This document shows positions 1 to 8,061 of a stretch of 64,000 bases of DNA, piece by piece; position 1 is the first letter of the stretch, and each line of letters starts with the position of its first letter. The stretch is taken from assembly GCA_017445385.1 (NCBI GenBank), contig JAFSUG010000001.1, positions 80,969-144,968 on the forward strand. The letters are read 5' to 3'. The notes below the pieces were generated by a model. It searched no databases. It was not told the origin of the DNA and saw nothing but the letters and a program-made list of their open reading frames with translations. The stretch comes from Oscillospiraceae bacterium (GTDB lineage: Bacteria > Bacillota > Clostridia > Oscillospirales > Oscillospiraceae). The translations under genes and the position numbers were made by a program.

Positions 1-300
1 CCAGCCGGTGATGCTGGTGCCGAGGCAGGCGCCCAAAATGATGCCGATTGCCTGGCGGAATTGCAGCATTCCGGAGTTTACAAAGCCAACAACCATAACG
101 GACGTTGCGGAAGAGGACTGAATTACAGCCGTAACGCCCGTGCCGAGCAGCAGGCCGCGCAGCGGCGTACTGCTGAGGCGGTAAAGCGTGACCTCCAGCT
201 TATTGCCGGCAACGCGCTTAAGCCCGTCGCCCATCAGCGTCATGCCGAACAGAAACAGCGCGATGCCGCTGAGCAGCGAGAGAATATTTGATATACTCAT
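1..300 (-). CDS. Na/Pi cotransporter family protein, N-terminal 100 codons (gene continues past the left edge)
   Basis: My own translation of the reverse strand from the ATG at 298-300 gives MSISNILSLLSGIALFLFGMTLMGDGLKRVAGNKLEVTLYRLSSTPLRGLLLGTGVTAVIQSSSATSVMVVGFVNSGMLQFRQAIGIILGACLGTSITGW. The LFLFGM..GL..AG and TAxIQSSSAT..VGF motifs match the Na/Pi-cotransporter repeat. AAGGAGG lies 9 nt upstream. It is absent from the ORF track because no stop lies inside the window. Confidence 0.85.
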   Translation of the reverse strand, partial: MSISNILSLLSGIALFLFGMTLMGDGLKRVAGNKLEVTLYRLSSTPLRGLLLGTGVTAVIQSSSATSVMVVGFVNSGMLQFRQAIGIILGACLGTSITGW

Positions 301-502
301 AAGGCAAAGCCTCCTTCATCTCCAAATATCACCAAATTAATGATAGCAGAGCGGTTTTACAAACGCAAGCCTGATTTGCGTAGATTTGGAAAATTGTAGA
401 AATTTTCAAAAAAGCTTGTCCCTGCGGAACCGTTTTCGGGCTTTTGCATAAGATGGAATGACCAGCGGCAACGCTGTAAAACCGAAAACAGGAGGTCTCT
501 TT

Positions 503-637
503 ATGTCTAGCAATTCCGGATTCTGCGCCTTCGGCAACAGCTGGTGGTGGATCATCATTCTGATCATCGTTCTGGTGCTGCTCAACAACGGCGGCGCTTA
601 TGATGATAACGACTGCGGCTGCGGCTGCGGACGCTAA
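503..637 (+). CDS. Tiny (44 aa) Trp/Cys-rich single-TM peptide, YjcZ-like
   Basis: ATG at 503 is preceded by AGGAGG (489-494). Translation: MSSNSGFCAFGNSWWWIIILIIVLVLLNNGGAYDDNDCGCGCGR. A rho-independent terminator follows directly. It is below the 60-aa cut-off of the ORF track. Confidence 0.5.
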   Translation: MSSNSGFCAFGNSWWWIIILIIVLVLLNNGGAYDDNDCGCGCGR

Positions 638-643
638 AGGTAC

Positions 644-675
644 AAAAAACTCCCGCCCGAGGGCGGGAGTTTTTC
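644..675. terminator. Bidirectional intrinsic terminator between the tiny peptide gene and rplT
   Basis: A-run, stem CTCCCGCC/GGCGGGAG, then a T-run (aaaaaaCTCCCGCCcgagGGCGGGAGttttt). Confidence 0.7.
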
Positions 676-685
676 TTGTGTAGAA

Positions 686-1039
686 TTACAGAGCCTTCTT
701 TGCGGTCTCCACGAGCGCTGCAAACGCAGCGGCGTCCTGGATTGCCATTTCGGAGAGGGCTTTGCGGTTCAGCTCGATGCCGGACTGCTTCAGACCGTAC
801 ATGAAACGGGAGTAGTTCAGACCGTAGGGAGCAACAGCCGCGCTGATACGAGCGATCCACATACGGCGGAAATCGCGCTTTTTCAGCTTGCGGTGGGTGT
901 AAGCGTAAACGCCGGACTTCTTAACGGCCTGCTTGGCCATCTTGAAGTGGGTGGACTTGCTGCCCCAGTAGGACTTTGCGAGCTTCAGAACTTTATTTCT
1001 TCTTTTGCGCGTCATCATTGCGCCTTTAACTCTTGCCAT
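686..1039 (-). CDS. rplT: 50S ribosomal protein L20
   Basis: The 117-aa [36 protein letters not shown]... is a typical L20. It sits in the infC-rpmI-rplT operon order. Confidence 0.97.
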   Translation of the reverse strand: MARVKGAMMTRKRRNKVLKLAKSYWGSKSTHFKMAKQAVKKSGVYAYTHRKLKKRDFRRMWIARISAAVAPYGLNYSRFMYGLKQSGIELNRKALSEMAIQDAAAFAALVETAKKAL

Positions 1040-1060
1040 TTTGCATATCCTCCTGTTCTA

Positions 1061-1258
1061 TTATTTGTACGGGATCATCTCGCGCACGGTTGCTGCAACG
1101 GTATCGTCAGCATAGCCGTTCTTGCGGAGGTTTCTCGTGCGTTTGGTGGTTTTCTTGGTGAGGATATGGCTCTTGAACGCGTGGGCTCTCTTCACCTTAC
1201 CGGACTTGGTCAGGTTGAATCTCTTTTTCGCGCCGCTGTGGGTTTTGAACTTAGGCAT
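1061..1258 (-). CDS. rpmI: 50S ribosomal protein L35
   Basis: 65-aa [39 protein letters not shown]..., located between infC and rplT. Confidence 0.97.
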   Translation of the reverse strand: MPKFKTHSGAKKRFNLTKSGKVKRAHAFKSHILTKKTTKRTRNLRKNGYADDTVAATVREMIPYK

Positions 1259-1287
1259 AGTGGTTCTCCTTCCGTGTTTTAGTTGCG

Positions 1288-1815
1288 TTATTTTGCTGTT
1301 TTCGGGGACAGGAACATCATCATGTGGCGGCCGTCCAGCTTCGGTGCCTTCTCAACCGTGCCGACGTCGGCGCAGCCTTCACCGAACTTGACCAGAAGCT
1401 CCTCGCCGAGAGAAGTGTGCGCCATTTCGCGTCCGCGGAAGCGCACCGTGACCTTAACGCGGTTGCCGCCCTGCAGGAACTTGACCGCGCTTTTCAGCTT
1501 CACGTTGAAGTCGTTCGTATCGATGTTCGGGGACATCCGAACCTCTTTGATCTCAACAACGTGCTGATTTTTTCGGGCCTCTTTTTCCTTTTTGAGCTGC
1601 TCGAAGCGGAACTTGCCGTAGTCCATGATGCGGCATACAGGCGGCGTCGCCTTGGGCGCGATCTTGACTAAGTCCAGTTCTTTTTCCTCCGCAAGCTTCA
1701 GCGCGGCTGCCGGCGCCATAATGCCAAGCTGCTCGCCGTCGGCTCCGATCACGCGGATCTCTTTGTCGCGGATATCTTCGTTGAGTTGATGGTCTAATTT
1801 GCCGATGTGAAACAC
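1288..1815 (-). CDS. infC: Translation initiation factor IF-3
   Basis: ...[23 protein letters not shown]...[17 protein letters not shown]... is the IF-3 family pattern. The exact start is uncertain. The GTG at 1813-1815 lies inside the SD GGAGGTG. An in-frame ATC at 1804-1806 lies 8 nt after GGAGG, and non-AUG starts are characteristic of infC. Confidence 0.93.
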   Translation of the reverse strand: MFHIGKLDHQLNEDIRDKEIRVIGADGEQLGIMAPAAALKLAEEKELDLVKIAPKATPPVCRIMDYGKFRFEQLKKEKEARKNQHVVEIKEVRMSPNIDTNDFNVKLKSAVKFLQGGNRVKVTVRFRGREMAHTSLGEELLVKFGEGCADVGTVEKAPKLDGRHMMMFLSPKTAK

Positions 1816-1950
1816 CTCCGAAAATCACAAAAGCGCAGATGCCTAAGACACCTGCGCACAAATTCCGCCCGATTCGGGGAGAAAATTATGGGACCTCTTC
1901 GCGTAAGCTGGAGGTGAAACGCGGTGTCTGCCGCATCTTCTTTCTTTTCG
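1816..1950 (-). promoter_or_regulatory. infC operon 5' leader, L20-leader-type attenuator candidate
   Basis: The leader is about 135 nt between the predicted promoter and infC. The hairpin GCGCAG(N13)CTGCGC followed by TTTTGTGATTTT (fwd 1821-1857) lies just upstream of the SD. The position and architecture match the Firmicute L20-responsive leader, but I did not model the rRNA-mimic helix. Confidence 0.45.
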
Positions 1951-1958
1951 CACCTGCA

Positions 1959-1987
1959 ATACTACCACAGAAAAACCGGCTTGTCAA
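1959..1987 (-). promoter_or_regulatory. Sigma-A-type promoter of the infC operon
   Basis: On the reverse strand: TTGACA (1982-1987), 17 nt spacer, TAGTAT (1959-1964). Confidence 0.55.
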
Positions 1988-1994
1988 CTGTTTT

Positions 1995-2441
1995 TTATCC
2001 TGCCAGGATTTCGGCTTTATATACGCCGTCCGTTTTGCCGATCTCATCGAGCAGCGCCTCAACGGAATTTTCCATGCCGGTGGTTTCCGCGGAGATCGTT
2101 ACCGAGGCAATATCGCCCACGGGGATCGTCTGGTTGATGGTCAGAATGTTTGCGCCGGCGGAGGCGAAAACCGTAAGCAGGCGGGAAAGCAGACCTGCCG
2201 TATCGCGCAGCAGCATCTGGAAGGTGATGATCCTGCCGGACATCAGATTCTGGAACGGCAGAATGCTGTCCTTATATTTATAGAAGGCGCTGCGGCTGAT
2301 GCCGACGCGCTTTGCCGCATCGCTCACCTTGGAAAGCTCGCCCGTTTCCAAAATGCGCTTGACTTCCGCAACCTTCAAAAAAACCTCGGGCAGCGCCTTT
2401 GCCTCTACCAGGTAATACTTTTGTTCGCTGTTCATAGACAT
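1995..2441 (-). CDS. ACT domain-containing protein (UPF0735 / PheB-like)
   Basis: 148 aa. The N-terminal HTH-like segment (VSDAAKRVGISRSAFYKYKD) is followed by an ACT fold (ITFQMLLRDTAGLLSRLLTVFASAGANILTINQ). Confidence 0.8.
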   Translation of the reverse strand: MSMNSEQKYYLVEAKALPEVFLKVAEVKRILETGELSKVSDAAKRVGISRSAFYKYKDSILPFQNLMSGRIITFQMLLRDTAGLLSRLLTVFASAGANILTINQTIPVGDIASVTISAETTGMENSVEALLDEIGKTDGVYKAEILAG

Positions 2442-2576
2442 CTACACTCCTTGTTCGTGTACTAAGGACGATTGTTTTTCTGTTATTATCATATCGAATT
2501 TTGCAAATAAAAACAAGTGGCGTTTTGATAAAGATTGCCTAATTTTTAATAATTATGGTACAATGTTGCGGGAGGG

Positions 2577-3467
2577 ATGGAGATGATTTTGCGATGCACC
2601 GCCAATCGAACGGCGAAGCTGCTTTCGTTTTTGCGCAGGGAGCTGGAGATGTCGTCGGGGCTGATCCGGCGGCTGAAGTTTCAAAACTGCTTTTTTGTAA
2701 ACGACGAAAGCGCGCATACCGACCGCATCGTCCGTCCCGGCGACCGCATCAGCGTCATCGTTCGGGAAACGCCGGACGCGCAGTTTACGCCCGAGCATAC
2801 GCCGATCGAGGTGCTGTATGAAGATGAGAGCCTCCTTGCCGTGGATAAGCCGGCAGGCGTGATCGTCCATCCCACGTTCCGCCGCACGGAGGGAACGCTT
2901 TTAACGCAGGTCATGGGCTATTATGAGCGCACGGGGCAAAGCTGCGCGGTGCATCTCGTCAACCGGCTCGACCGCGATACGATGGGCGTCGTGCTGTTTG
3001 CGAAAAATTCCCACGTCCACGCCAAGTGCTATGATTTGCAGCTTGCAGGCGCGTTTTCCAAAACGTACCATGCGCTCTGCTTCGGCGCGCCGCAGCGGCA
3101 GTCGGGCGAGATTGATCTGCCGATCGCGCGCGTGGACGGCGGCAGTTTGCTGCGCAAGATCGATCGGGGCGGCAAAGCGGCAAAAACGGAATACCGCCTG
3201 CTGGAAGCGGCGGACGGGCTCAGCCGCGTGGAGCTGCACCCCATCACGGGCAGAACGCATCAGCTCCGGCTTCACTGCCTTGCCTCCGGCTTTCCGATCC
3301 TCGGCGATCCGCAGTATTTCACGGCGGAGAGCCGCGCGAAATCGGAGCGTCTCGGCTATTTTACGCAGCAGCTTTGCGCGGTCGAGCTTTCGCTGCCGCA
3401 TCCGATGACGGGCGAAAACCTCACAATTTGCGCAAAACAGGATGTTTTTCTTCCGAAAAACGGTTGA
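2577..3467 (+). CDS. RluA-family 23S rRNA/tRNA pseudouridine synthase with N-terminal S4-like domain
   Basis: Matches include ...LLAVDKPAGVIVHPT...HLVNRLDRDTMGVVLFAK...GRTHQLRLHCLASGFPILGDPQY. The second ATG at 2583 has better spacing to GGGAGGG. The promoter is TTGCCT (2535-2540), 18 nt spacer, TGgTACAAT (-10 at 2559-2564). Confidence 0.9.
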   Translation: MEMILRCTANRTAKLLSFLRRELEMSSGLIRRLKFQNCFFVNDESAHTDRIVRPGDRISVIVRETPDAQFTPEHTPIEVLYEDESLLAVDKPAGVIVHPTFRRTEGTLLTQVMGYYERTGQSCAVHLVNRLDRDTMGVVLFAKNSHVHAKCYDLQLAGAFSKTYHALCFGAPQRQSGEIDLPIARVDGGSLLRKIDRGGKAAKTEYRLLEAADGLSRVELHPITGRTHQLRLHCLASGFPILGDPQYFTAESRAKSERLGYFTQQLCAVELSLPHPMTGENLTICAKQDVFLPKNG

Positions 3468-3529
3468 GAGTCGGCGCAATGTGATGTATAATAGCAGCGG
3501 ATTTTAGAAAACTTGGGAGGTACATTGCT

Positions 3530-4543
3530 ATGTTCACCAAACTGCTTGACGCGCTGAAAGCAACGCGCCGCACAATCGTCTTCACCGAAGGAACCGACGC
3601 CCGAATCCTCGAAGCGGCTTCGCGCCTGCTGAAAGAGAACCTGATGGGCGTGATCCTCATCGGCAACGAAGCGGAAGTCAAGGCGGCAGCCGCAAAGGGC
3701 GGCTTCGCAATTGACGGCGCTGAGATCATCGATCCGGCATCTTACGCCGGCATGGAAGAAATGGTTTCCACCATGGTTGCGCTCCGCAAGGGCAAAATGA
3801 CCGAGGAGGAGTGCCGCGCGGCGCTTTCCAAGGGCAACTATTTCGGCACGATGCTCGTAAAAATGGGCAAGGCGGACGCACTGCTCGGCGGCGCCACGTA
3901 TTCCACGGCGGATACCGTCCGTCCCGCGCTGCAGCTTATAAAGACGAAGCCGGGCGCAAACCTTGTTTCCTCCTGCTTCATCCTGTTCCGTGACGGCAAG
4001 GACGGTCAGCCCGAAAAGTACTGCATGGGCGACTGCGCCATCAATATCGCCTATACCGACCGCCTCGATAAAGAGGGCAACGTTGCCGTTTCCGCGGCGC
4101 AGCAGCTCGCGGAAGTCGCGGTTGAATCCGCGCGCACGGCGGAGTTTTTCGGCATCGAGCCGAAGGTCGCTCTGCTTTCCTTCTCCACCAAGGGCAGCGG
4201 CAAGGGCGCAACGGTCGGCCTCAGCCAGGAAGCAACCAAGATTGCGCAGGAGCTTGCGCCCGAGTACGCAATCGACGGCGAAATGCAGTTCGATGCAGCC
4301 GTTTCGCCCACGGTCGGTCAGTTGAAGTTCCCCGGCTCGAAGGTCGCCGGCTACGCAAATACCTTCATCTTCCCGTGCATCGAAGCCGGCAACATCGGCT
4401 ATAAGATCGCGCAGCGGCTCGGCGGCTTCGAGGCATACGGCCCGATCCTGCAGGGTCTGAACGCGCCGATCAACGACCTCAGCCGCGGCTGCAACGCGGA
4501 GGAAGTCTATAAAATGGCAATCATCACCGCCGGCATGGCATAA
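3530..4543 (+). CDS. pta: Phosphate acetyltransferase
   Basis: 337 aa. ...IVFTEGTDARILEAASRLL...YFGTMLVKMGKADALLGGATYSTADTVRPALQLIKT...NIGYKIAQRLGGFEAYGPILQGLNAPINDLSRGC is the Pta family pattern. The promoter is TTGAGA (3464-3469), 17 nt spacer, TATAAT (3487-3492). Confidence 0.93.
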   Translation: MFTKLLDALKATRRTIVFTEGTDARILEAASRLLKENLMGVILIGNEAEVKAAAAKGGFAIDGAEIIDPASYAGMEEMVSTMVALRKGKMTEEECRAALSKGNYFGTMLVKMGKADALLGGATYSTADTVRPALQLIKTKPGANLVSSCFILFRDGKDGQPEKYCMGDCAINIAYTDRLDKEGNVAVSAAQQLAEVAVESARTAEFFGIEPKVALLSFSTKGSGKGATVGLSQEATKIAQELAPEYAIDGEMQFDAAVSPTVGQLKFPGSKVAGYANTFIFPCIEAGNIGYKIAQRLGGFEAYGPILQGLNAPINDLSRGCNAEEVYKMAIITAGMA

Positions 4544-4553
4544 AGAATCATAT

Positions 4554-4596
4554 AAAAAACCGTTTCTTTTCCGCATGGAAAAGAAACGGTTTTCTT
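4554..4596. terminator. Bidirectional intrinsic terminator (pta / micro-ORF A)
   Basis: aaaaaACCGTTTCTTTTCCgcatGGAAAAGAAACGGTtttctt. Confidence 0.75.
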
Positions 4597-4616
4597 ATCT
4601 CTGCACCAAGGGGAGC

Positions 4617-4772
4617 TCACTCCGCCTCAATATAGCGCTGCTCGGCTTTCTGCTGTGCGGAAATCAGCTTTTCCAAAGCAATGCCGTAGTTGGTTTGCTC
4701 AATTGCGCGGATTGCATCCTCGGCAGCATTGACCATTAGATGATACAATTCCTTGTAGTCCGGCTCGTTCAT
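4617..4772 (-). CDS. 51-aa helical micro-protein, paralog of the ORF at 60682-60840
   Basis: My own translation gives MNEPDYKELYHLMVNAAEDAIRAIEQTNYGIALEKLISAQQKAEQRYIEAE. The SD GGAGGG lies 7 nt upstream. It shares the pattern M..(x)DYKxLY....A.DA..A...N...ALE.LI.AQQ.AE..Y with the second copy. It is not in the ORF track because it is shorter than 60 aa. Confidence 0.6.
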   Translation of the reverse strand: MNEPDYKELYHLMVNAAEDAIRAIEQTNYGIALEKLISAQQKAEQRYIEAE

Positions 4773-4998
4773 TCTTATCCCTCCGTAATAAAAAAGTGAC
4801 GCAGCGAAGCCGCGTCACCGAAAAACGTGTCTCCGCTGTTGTCACGCAGCATTCGAATACGCCCTAAAGCACACACCCGAATGGAGACACATTTTTACCT
4901 AATGTGTCTCGGGTGTGCAAAAATATTCTTTTAGAGCAAATCATAAATGAAATGCCGCGTGACATTATCAATTTATCATGTTCTGACGAATTATGCAA
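4773..4998 (-). promoter_or_regulatory. Promoter plus about 190-nt structured leader with intrinsic terminator (candidate riboswitch/attenuator), copy A
   Basis: On the reverse strand: TTGCAT (4993-4998), 17 nt spacer, TAAATT (4970-4975). Nested helices follow (details in findings). The terminator GTGACGCGGC-TTC-GCTGCGTCAC plus TTTTTTATT (fwd 4787-4818) ends 14 nt before the start codon of the micro-ORF. At least 40 nt are identical to copy B. Confidence 0.5.
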
Positions 4999-5091
4999 GC
5001 GGTATCATTCAAGGGAATTTGCGGTCTGTTTTTATAATACTTGCAAAATCTTTCGAAATGTGTTAGCATAAACTAACAAGGAGGGGTCGCC

Positions 5092-5718
5092 ATGAAGGAT
5101 TATGAGGCGCTGTCGCGCAAGCATTTTGACGGCCAGGCAGCGCAGTATGATGCGCGCGATACCGTCTATTATTCGCGCGAGGGGAAAATCAGCTGCCGTG
5201 ATATTGCCGCGCTGCTGAAAGATCGCGCATACGAAAAACTGCTGGATGTTGGCTGCGGAACTGGTTTTCTGCTGGATTTGCTTGCAAAGCAGCATCCGGG
5301 CGAATACGCCGGACTGGATCTTTCCGAGAATATGATCCGCGAAGCCGAGCGCAAGCAGATCCCCGGCGCTTCCTTTACGGTCGGCTCGGCAAATCAGCTT
5401 CCATACGGCGATGAAACGTTTGACATCGTAACCTGCTCGCAGAGCTTCCATCATTATCCCTATCCCGAGCAGGCGATCGGCGAAGCGCGCCGCGTTCTGA
5501 AAAAGGGCGGCATTTATATCCTCTCCGATACGGGCATCGGCGGCTTCGGCGCGTGGCTGGATAACCATATTTTCTTTCGGCTCATGCGCAGCGGCGACTG
5601 CCATACGCGAAACCGCAAGGGCATCGAAAACCTGATGCGGCGCTGCGGTTTTGAGATCGTGGATTCGCGGCAGATCAGCGGCATGATCTATACTGTAACA
5701 GGAAAGAAGGCGGACTGA
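5092..5718 (+). CDS. Class I SAM-dependent methyltransferase
   Basis: 208 aa. Motif I is LLDVGCGTGFLL. ...SFHHYPYPEQAIGEARRVLKKGGIYILSD is typical of the Methyltransf_11/25 family. AGGAGG lies upstream. Confidence 0.85.
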   Translation: MKDYEALSRKHFDGQAAQYDARDTVYYSREGKISCRDIAALLKDRAYEKLLDVGCGTGFLLDLLAKQHPGEYAGLDLSENMIREAERKQIPGASFTVGSANQLPYGDETFDIVTCSQSFHHYPYPEQAIGEARRVLKKGGIYILSDTGIGGFGAWLDNHIFFRLMRSGDCHTRNRKGIENLMRRCGFEIVDSRQISGMIYTVTGKKAD

Positions 5719-6489
5719 ATGAAACCCGATTATAAAAACTGGCTTCCGAAGCCGATGCTTGTCGGCGCGGTTGCAGCCTGCGCAGCGTGTTTGATCCTTG
5801 CGATCGTATTTGCGCTGCTCGGCTTGACGATTCCGGCAATCGTGCTCGGCGCGGCGTTTTTGGGAACGCTCGTCTACAGCGCGATCTGCGCGATGTGGTA
5901 TACCGCGTTTTCCTACGATGGCAAGCGGCAGCTTTCGCGGCAGATCATCTCCGGCGTTTCGGACTATGTGAAGTTGCCGGACGGCGGCACGGGGCTGGAC
6001 ATCGGCTGCGGCAGCGGCGCGCTTGCGATCGCCTGCGCAAAGAAAAACCCGAACGGAAAGATGGTCGGCATCGACAGCTGGGGCAAAAAGTATGATTTCA
6101 GCAAAGCGCTCTGCGATCGGAACGCGAAGCTCGAGGGCATCGGGGAGCGGACGGAATTTCTTCGCGGCGACGCCTGCAGCCTGCCGTTCGCGGATGAATC
6201 GTTCGATTGCGTTACGAGCAATTATTGCTATCATAATATCCCCTCCGATGATCGGCAGGCGATATTGCTCGAAACGCTGCGCGTGCTGAAAAAAGGCGGC
6301 ACGTTTGCGATCCACGATATTTTCTCGCGCAATAAATACGGCGATATGGATGCGTTTATGAAAAAACTCAAAGAAATGGGCTTTGCGTCTGCGGAGCTGA
6401 TCGATACCGCAAACGGCAAATTCATGACGGGCACGGAAGCAAAGCGATTGCTGCTTGCCAATTCCGCGCTGCTGATCGGCACAAAATAA
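5719..6489 (+). CDS. Class I SAM-dependent methyltransferase with N-terminal two-helix membrane anchor
   Basis: 256 aa. The hydrophobic N-terminus is (LVGAVAACAACLILAIVFALLGLTIPAIVLGAAFLGTLVYSAI). It is followed by GLDIGCGSGALA...LRVLKKGGTFAIHD. The start abuts the stop of the preceding methyltransferase. Confidence 0.8.
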   Translation: MKPDYKNWLPKPMLVGAVAACAACLILAIVFALLGLTIPAIVLGAAFLGTLVYSAICAMWYTAFSYDGKRQLSRQIISGVSDYVKLPDGGTGLDIGCGSGALAIACAKKNPNGKMVGIDSWGKKYDFSKALCDRNAKLEGIGERTEFLRGDACSLPFADESFDCVTSNYCYHNIPSDDRQAILLETLRVLKKGGTFAIHDIFSRNKYGDMDAFMKKLKEMGFASAELIDTANGKFMTGTEAKRLLLANSALLIGTK

Positions 6490-6492
6490 AGC

Positions 6493-6557
6493 AAACCCGA
6501 TTCCCAAGGGCGGCATAATCCCTAATTTGCGCCGTCCTTGGGAATCGGGATTTTTTA
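6493..6557. terminator. Bidirectional terminator (methyltransferase operon / glyQS)
   Basis: A 14-bp stem CCCGATTCCCAAGG ... CCTTGGGAATCGGG with an inner hairpin, A-run upstream and TTTTTT downstream. Confidence 0.6.
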
Positions 6558-6562
6558 TTGTA

Positions 6563-7999
6563 TCAGTATGCGATCTTATCGCGCAGCCAGTTTTTCACTT
6601 CGCCGATCGGCATGCGAACCTGCTCCATTGTGTCGCGGTCGCGGATCGTTACGCAGTGATCTGCGGGCGTCTGCTCGTCGCCGACGGTCTGGAAGTCGAA
6701 GGTGATGCAGTACGGCGTGCCGATCTCGTCCTGGCGGCGATACCGCTTGCCGATCGAGCCGGCTTCGTCGTAGTCGATCATGAAGTCCTTACGCAGCTCT
6801 GCCAGCAGCTCCTTTGCCGGACCGGTCAGAACTTCTTTCTTCGAAAGCGGCAGGATGGCTGCCTTGTAAGGCGCAAGCGCCGGATGGAAATGCAGAACCG
6901 TGCGCACGTCGTCCGCGCCCTTCTTGTCCTGCCCGACGACTTCTTCATCGTAAGCCTCGCAGAGGAACGCAAGCACAACGCGGTCCGCGCCGAGCGACGG
7001 CTCTACAACGTAGGGGATATAATGCTCGTTCGTCTCCTGGTCGAAATAGGTCAGGTCCTGGCCGGAAACGTTCTGATGCTGCGTGAGGTCATAGTCGGTG
7101 CGGTCGGCGATGCCCCAAAGCTCGCCCCAGCCGAACGGGAACATGAATTCGAAGTCCGTCGTTGCCTTGGAGTAGAAGGAAAGCTCCTCCGGCTCATGGT
7201 CGCGCAGGCGGAGATCCTCCTCGCGCATGCCGAGATTCAGCAGCCAGTCGCGGCAGAAGCTGCGCCAGTAGGCGAACCACTCCAGATCGGTATCGGGCTT
7301 GCAGAAGAACTCCAGCTCCATCTGCTCAAATTCGCGCGTGCGGAACGTGAAGTTGCCCGGCGTGATCTCGTTGCGGAAGCTCTTGCCGATCTGGCATACG
7401 CCGAACGGCAGCTTGCGGCGCGTTGTGCGCTGGATGTTGTTGAAGTTTACAAAGATGCCCTGCGCCGTTTCGGGGCGGAGGTAAACGGTGTTTTTCGCGT
7501 CCTCGGTAACGCCCTGGAAGGTCTTGAACATCAGGTTGAACTGGCGGATGTCGGTAAAATCGTGTTTGCCGCAGGACGGGCAGTTGATCTCGTGCTCGTC
7601 AATAAATGCTTTCATTTCCTCCTGCGAGAACGCGTCAACCGCCTTGGGAAGCTGTTCGCCGTGCTCGGCTGCCCAATCTTCGATCAGCTTATCGGCGCGG
7701 AAACGCTCATGGCAGGCGCGGCAATCCATCAGCGGATCGGAAAAGCCGCCCAGATGGCCGGAGGCAACCCACGTTTGCGGATTCATCAAGATGGCGGCGT
7801 CCTGACCCACGTTGTAGGGGTTTTCCTGGACGAATTTTTTCCACCAAGCCTTTTTTACGTTGTTTTTCAGCTCCACGCCGAGCGGACCGTAGTCCCAGGT
7901 GTTAGCGAGGCCGCCGTAAATCTCCGAGCCGGAGAAGATGAAGCCTCTGCCCTTGCAGAGCGCAACGATTTTTTCCATGGTTTTTTCCGTGTTTTTCAT
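6563..7999 (-). CDS. glyQS: Glycine--tRNA ligase (single-chain GlyQS type)
   Basis: 478 aa. [46 protein letters not shown]... is the canonical GlyRS N-terminus. Confidence 0.95.
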   Translation of the reverse strand: MKNTEKTMEKIVALCKGRGFIFSGSEIYGGLANTWDYGPLGVELKNNVKKAWWKKFVQENPYNVGQDAAILMNPQTWVASGHLGGFSDPLMDCRACHERFRADKLIEDWAAEHGEQLPKAVDAFSQEEMKAFIDEHEINCPSCGKHDFTDIRQFNLMFKTFQGVTEDAKNTVYLRPETAQGIFVNFNNIQRTTRRKLPFGVCQIGKSFRNEITPGNFTFRTREFEQMELEFFCKPDTDLEWFAYWRSFCRDWLLNLGMREEDLRLRDHEPEELSFYSKATTDFEFMFPFGWGELWGIADRTDYDLTQHQNVSGQDLTYFDQETNEHYIPYVVEPSLGADRVVLAFLCEAYDEEVVGQDKKGADDVRTVLHFHPALAPYKAAILPLSKKEVLTGPAKELLAELRKDFMIDYDEAGSIGKRYRRQDEIGTPYCITFDFQTVGDEQTPADHCVTIRDRDTMEQVRMPIGEVKNWLRDKIAY

Positions 8000-8061
8000 A
8001 TCAATTCCTCGCTTCCCGAAGGTATTTTACGTTATTATATCGGGTTTTCCCGAAAAGTCAA

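Noticed and set aside
3356-4576. A 406-aa ORF lies antisense to pta. Similar long antisense ORFs include 5032-6516(-), 6527-8215(+), 15574-17661(+), 18854-20146(+), 25435-26649(+), 30578-32248(-), 45388-46845(+), 53162-54208(+), 57514-58734(-) and 62497-63990(+).
   Set aside because: Each lies opposite a gene with an unmistakable conserved product. Their translations are Arg/Ala/Gly/His-rich low-complexity strings with no recognisable motif and no SD. This is the usual stop-codon-poor shadow-frame effect in high-GC DNA.
4773-4965. The duplicated structured RNA might be 6S RNA, since it forms a long nested hairpin of about 150-190 nt and is present in two copies.
   Set aside because: Both copies are fused to a terminator-SD-micro-ORF arrangement and share a promoter with the ORF. 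I could not identify a large central bubble characteristic of 6S. A cis-acting leader is the simpler reading, but I cannot formally exclude a dual-function RNA.
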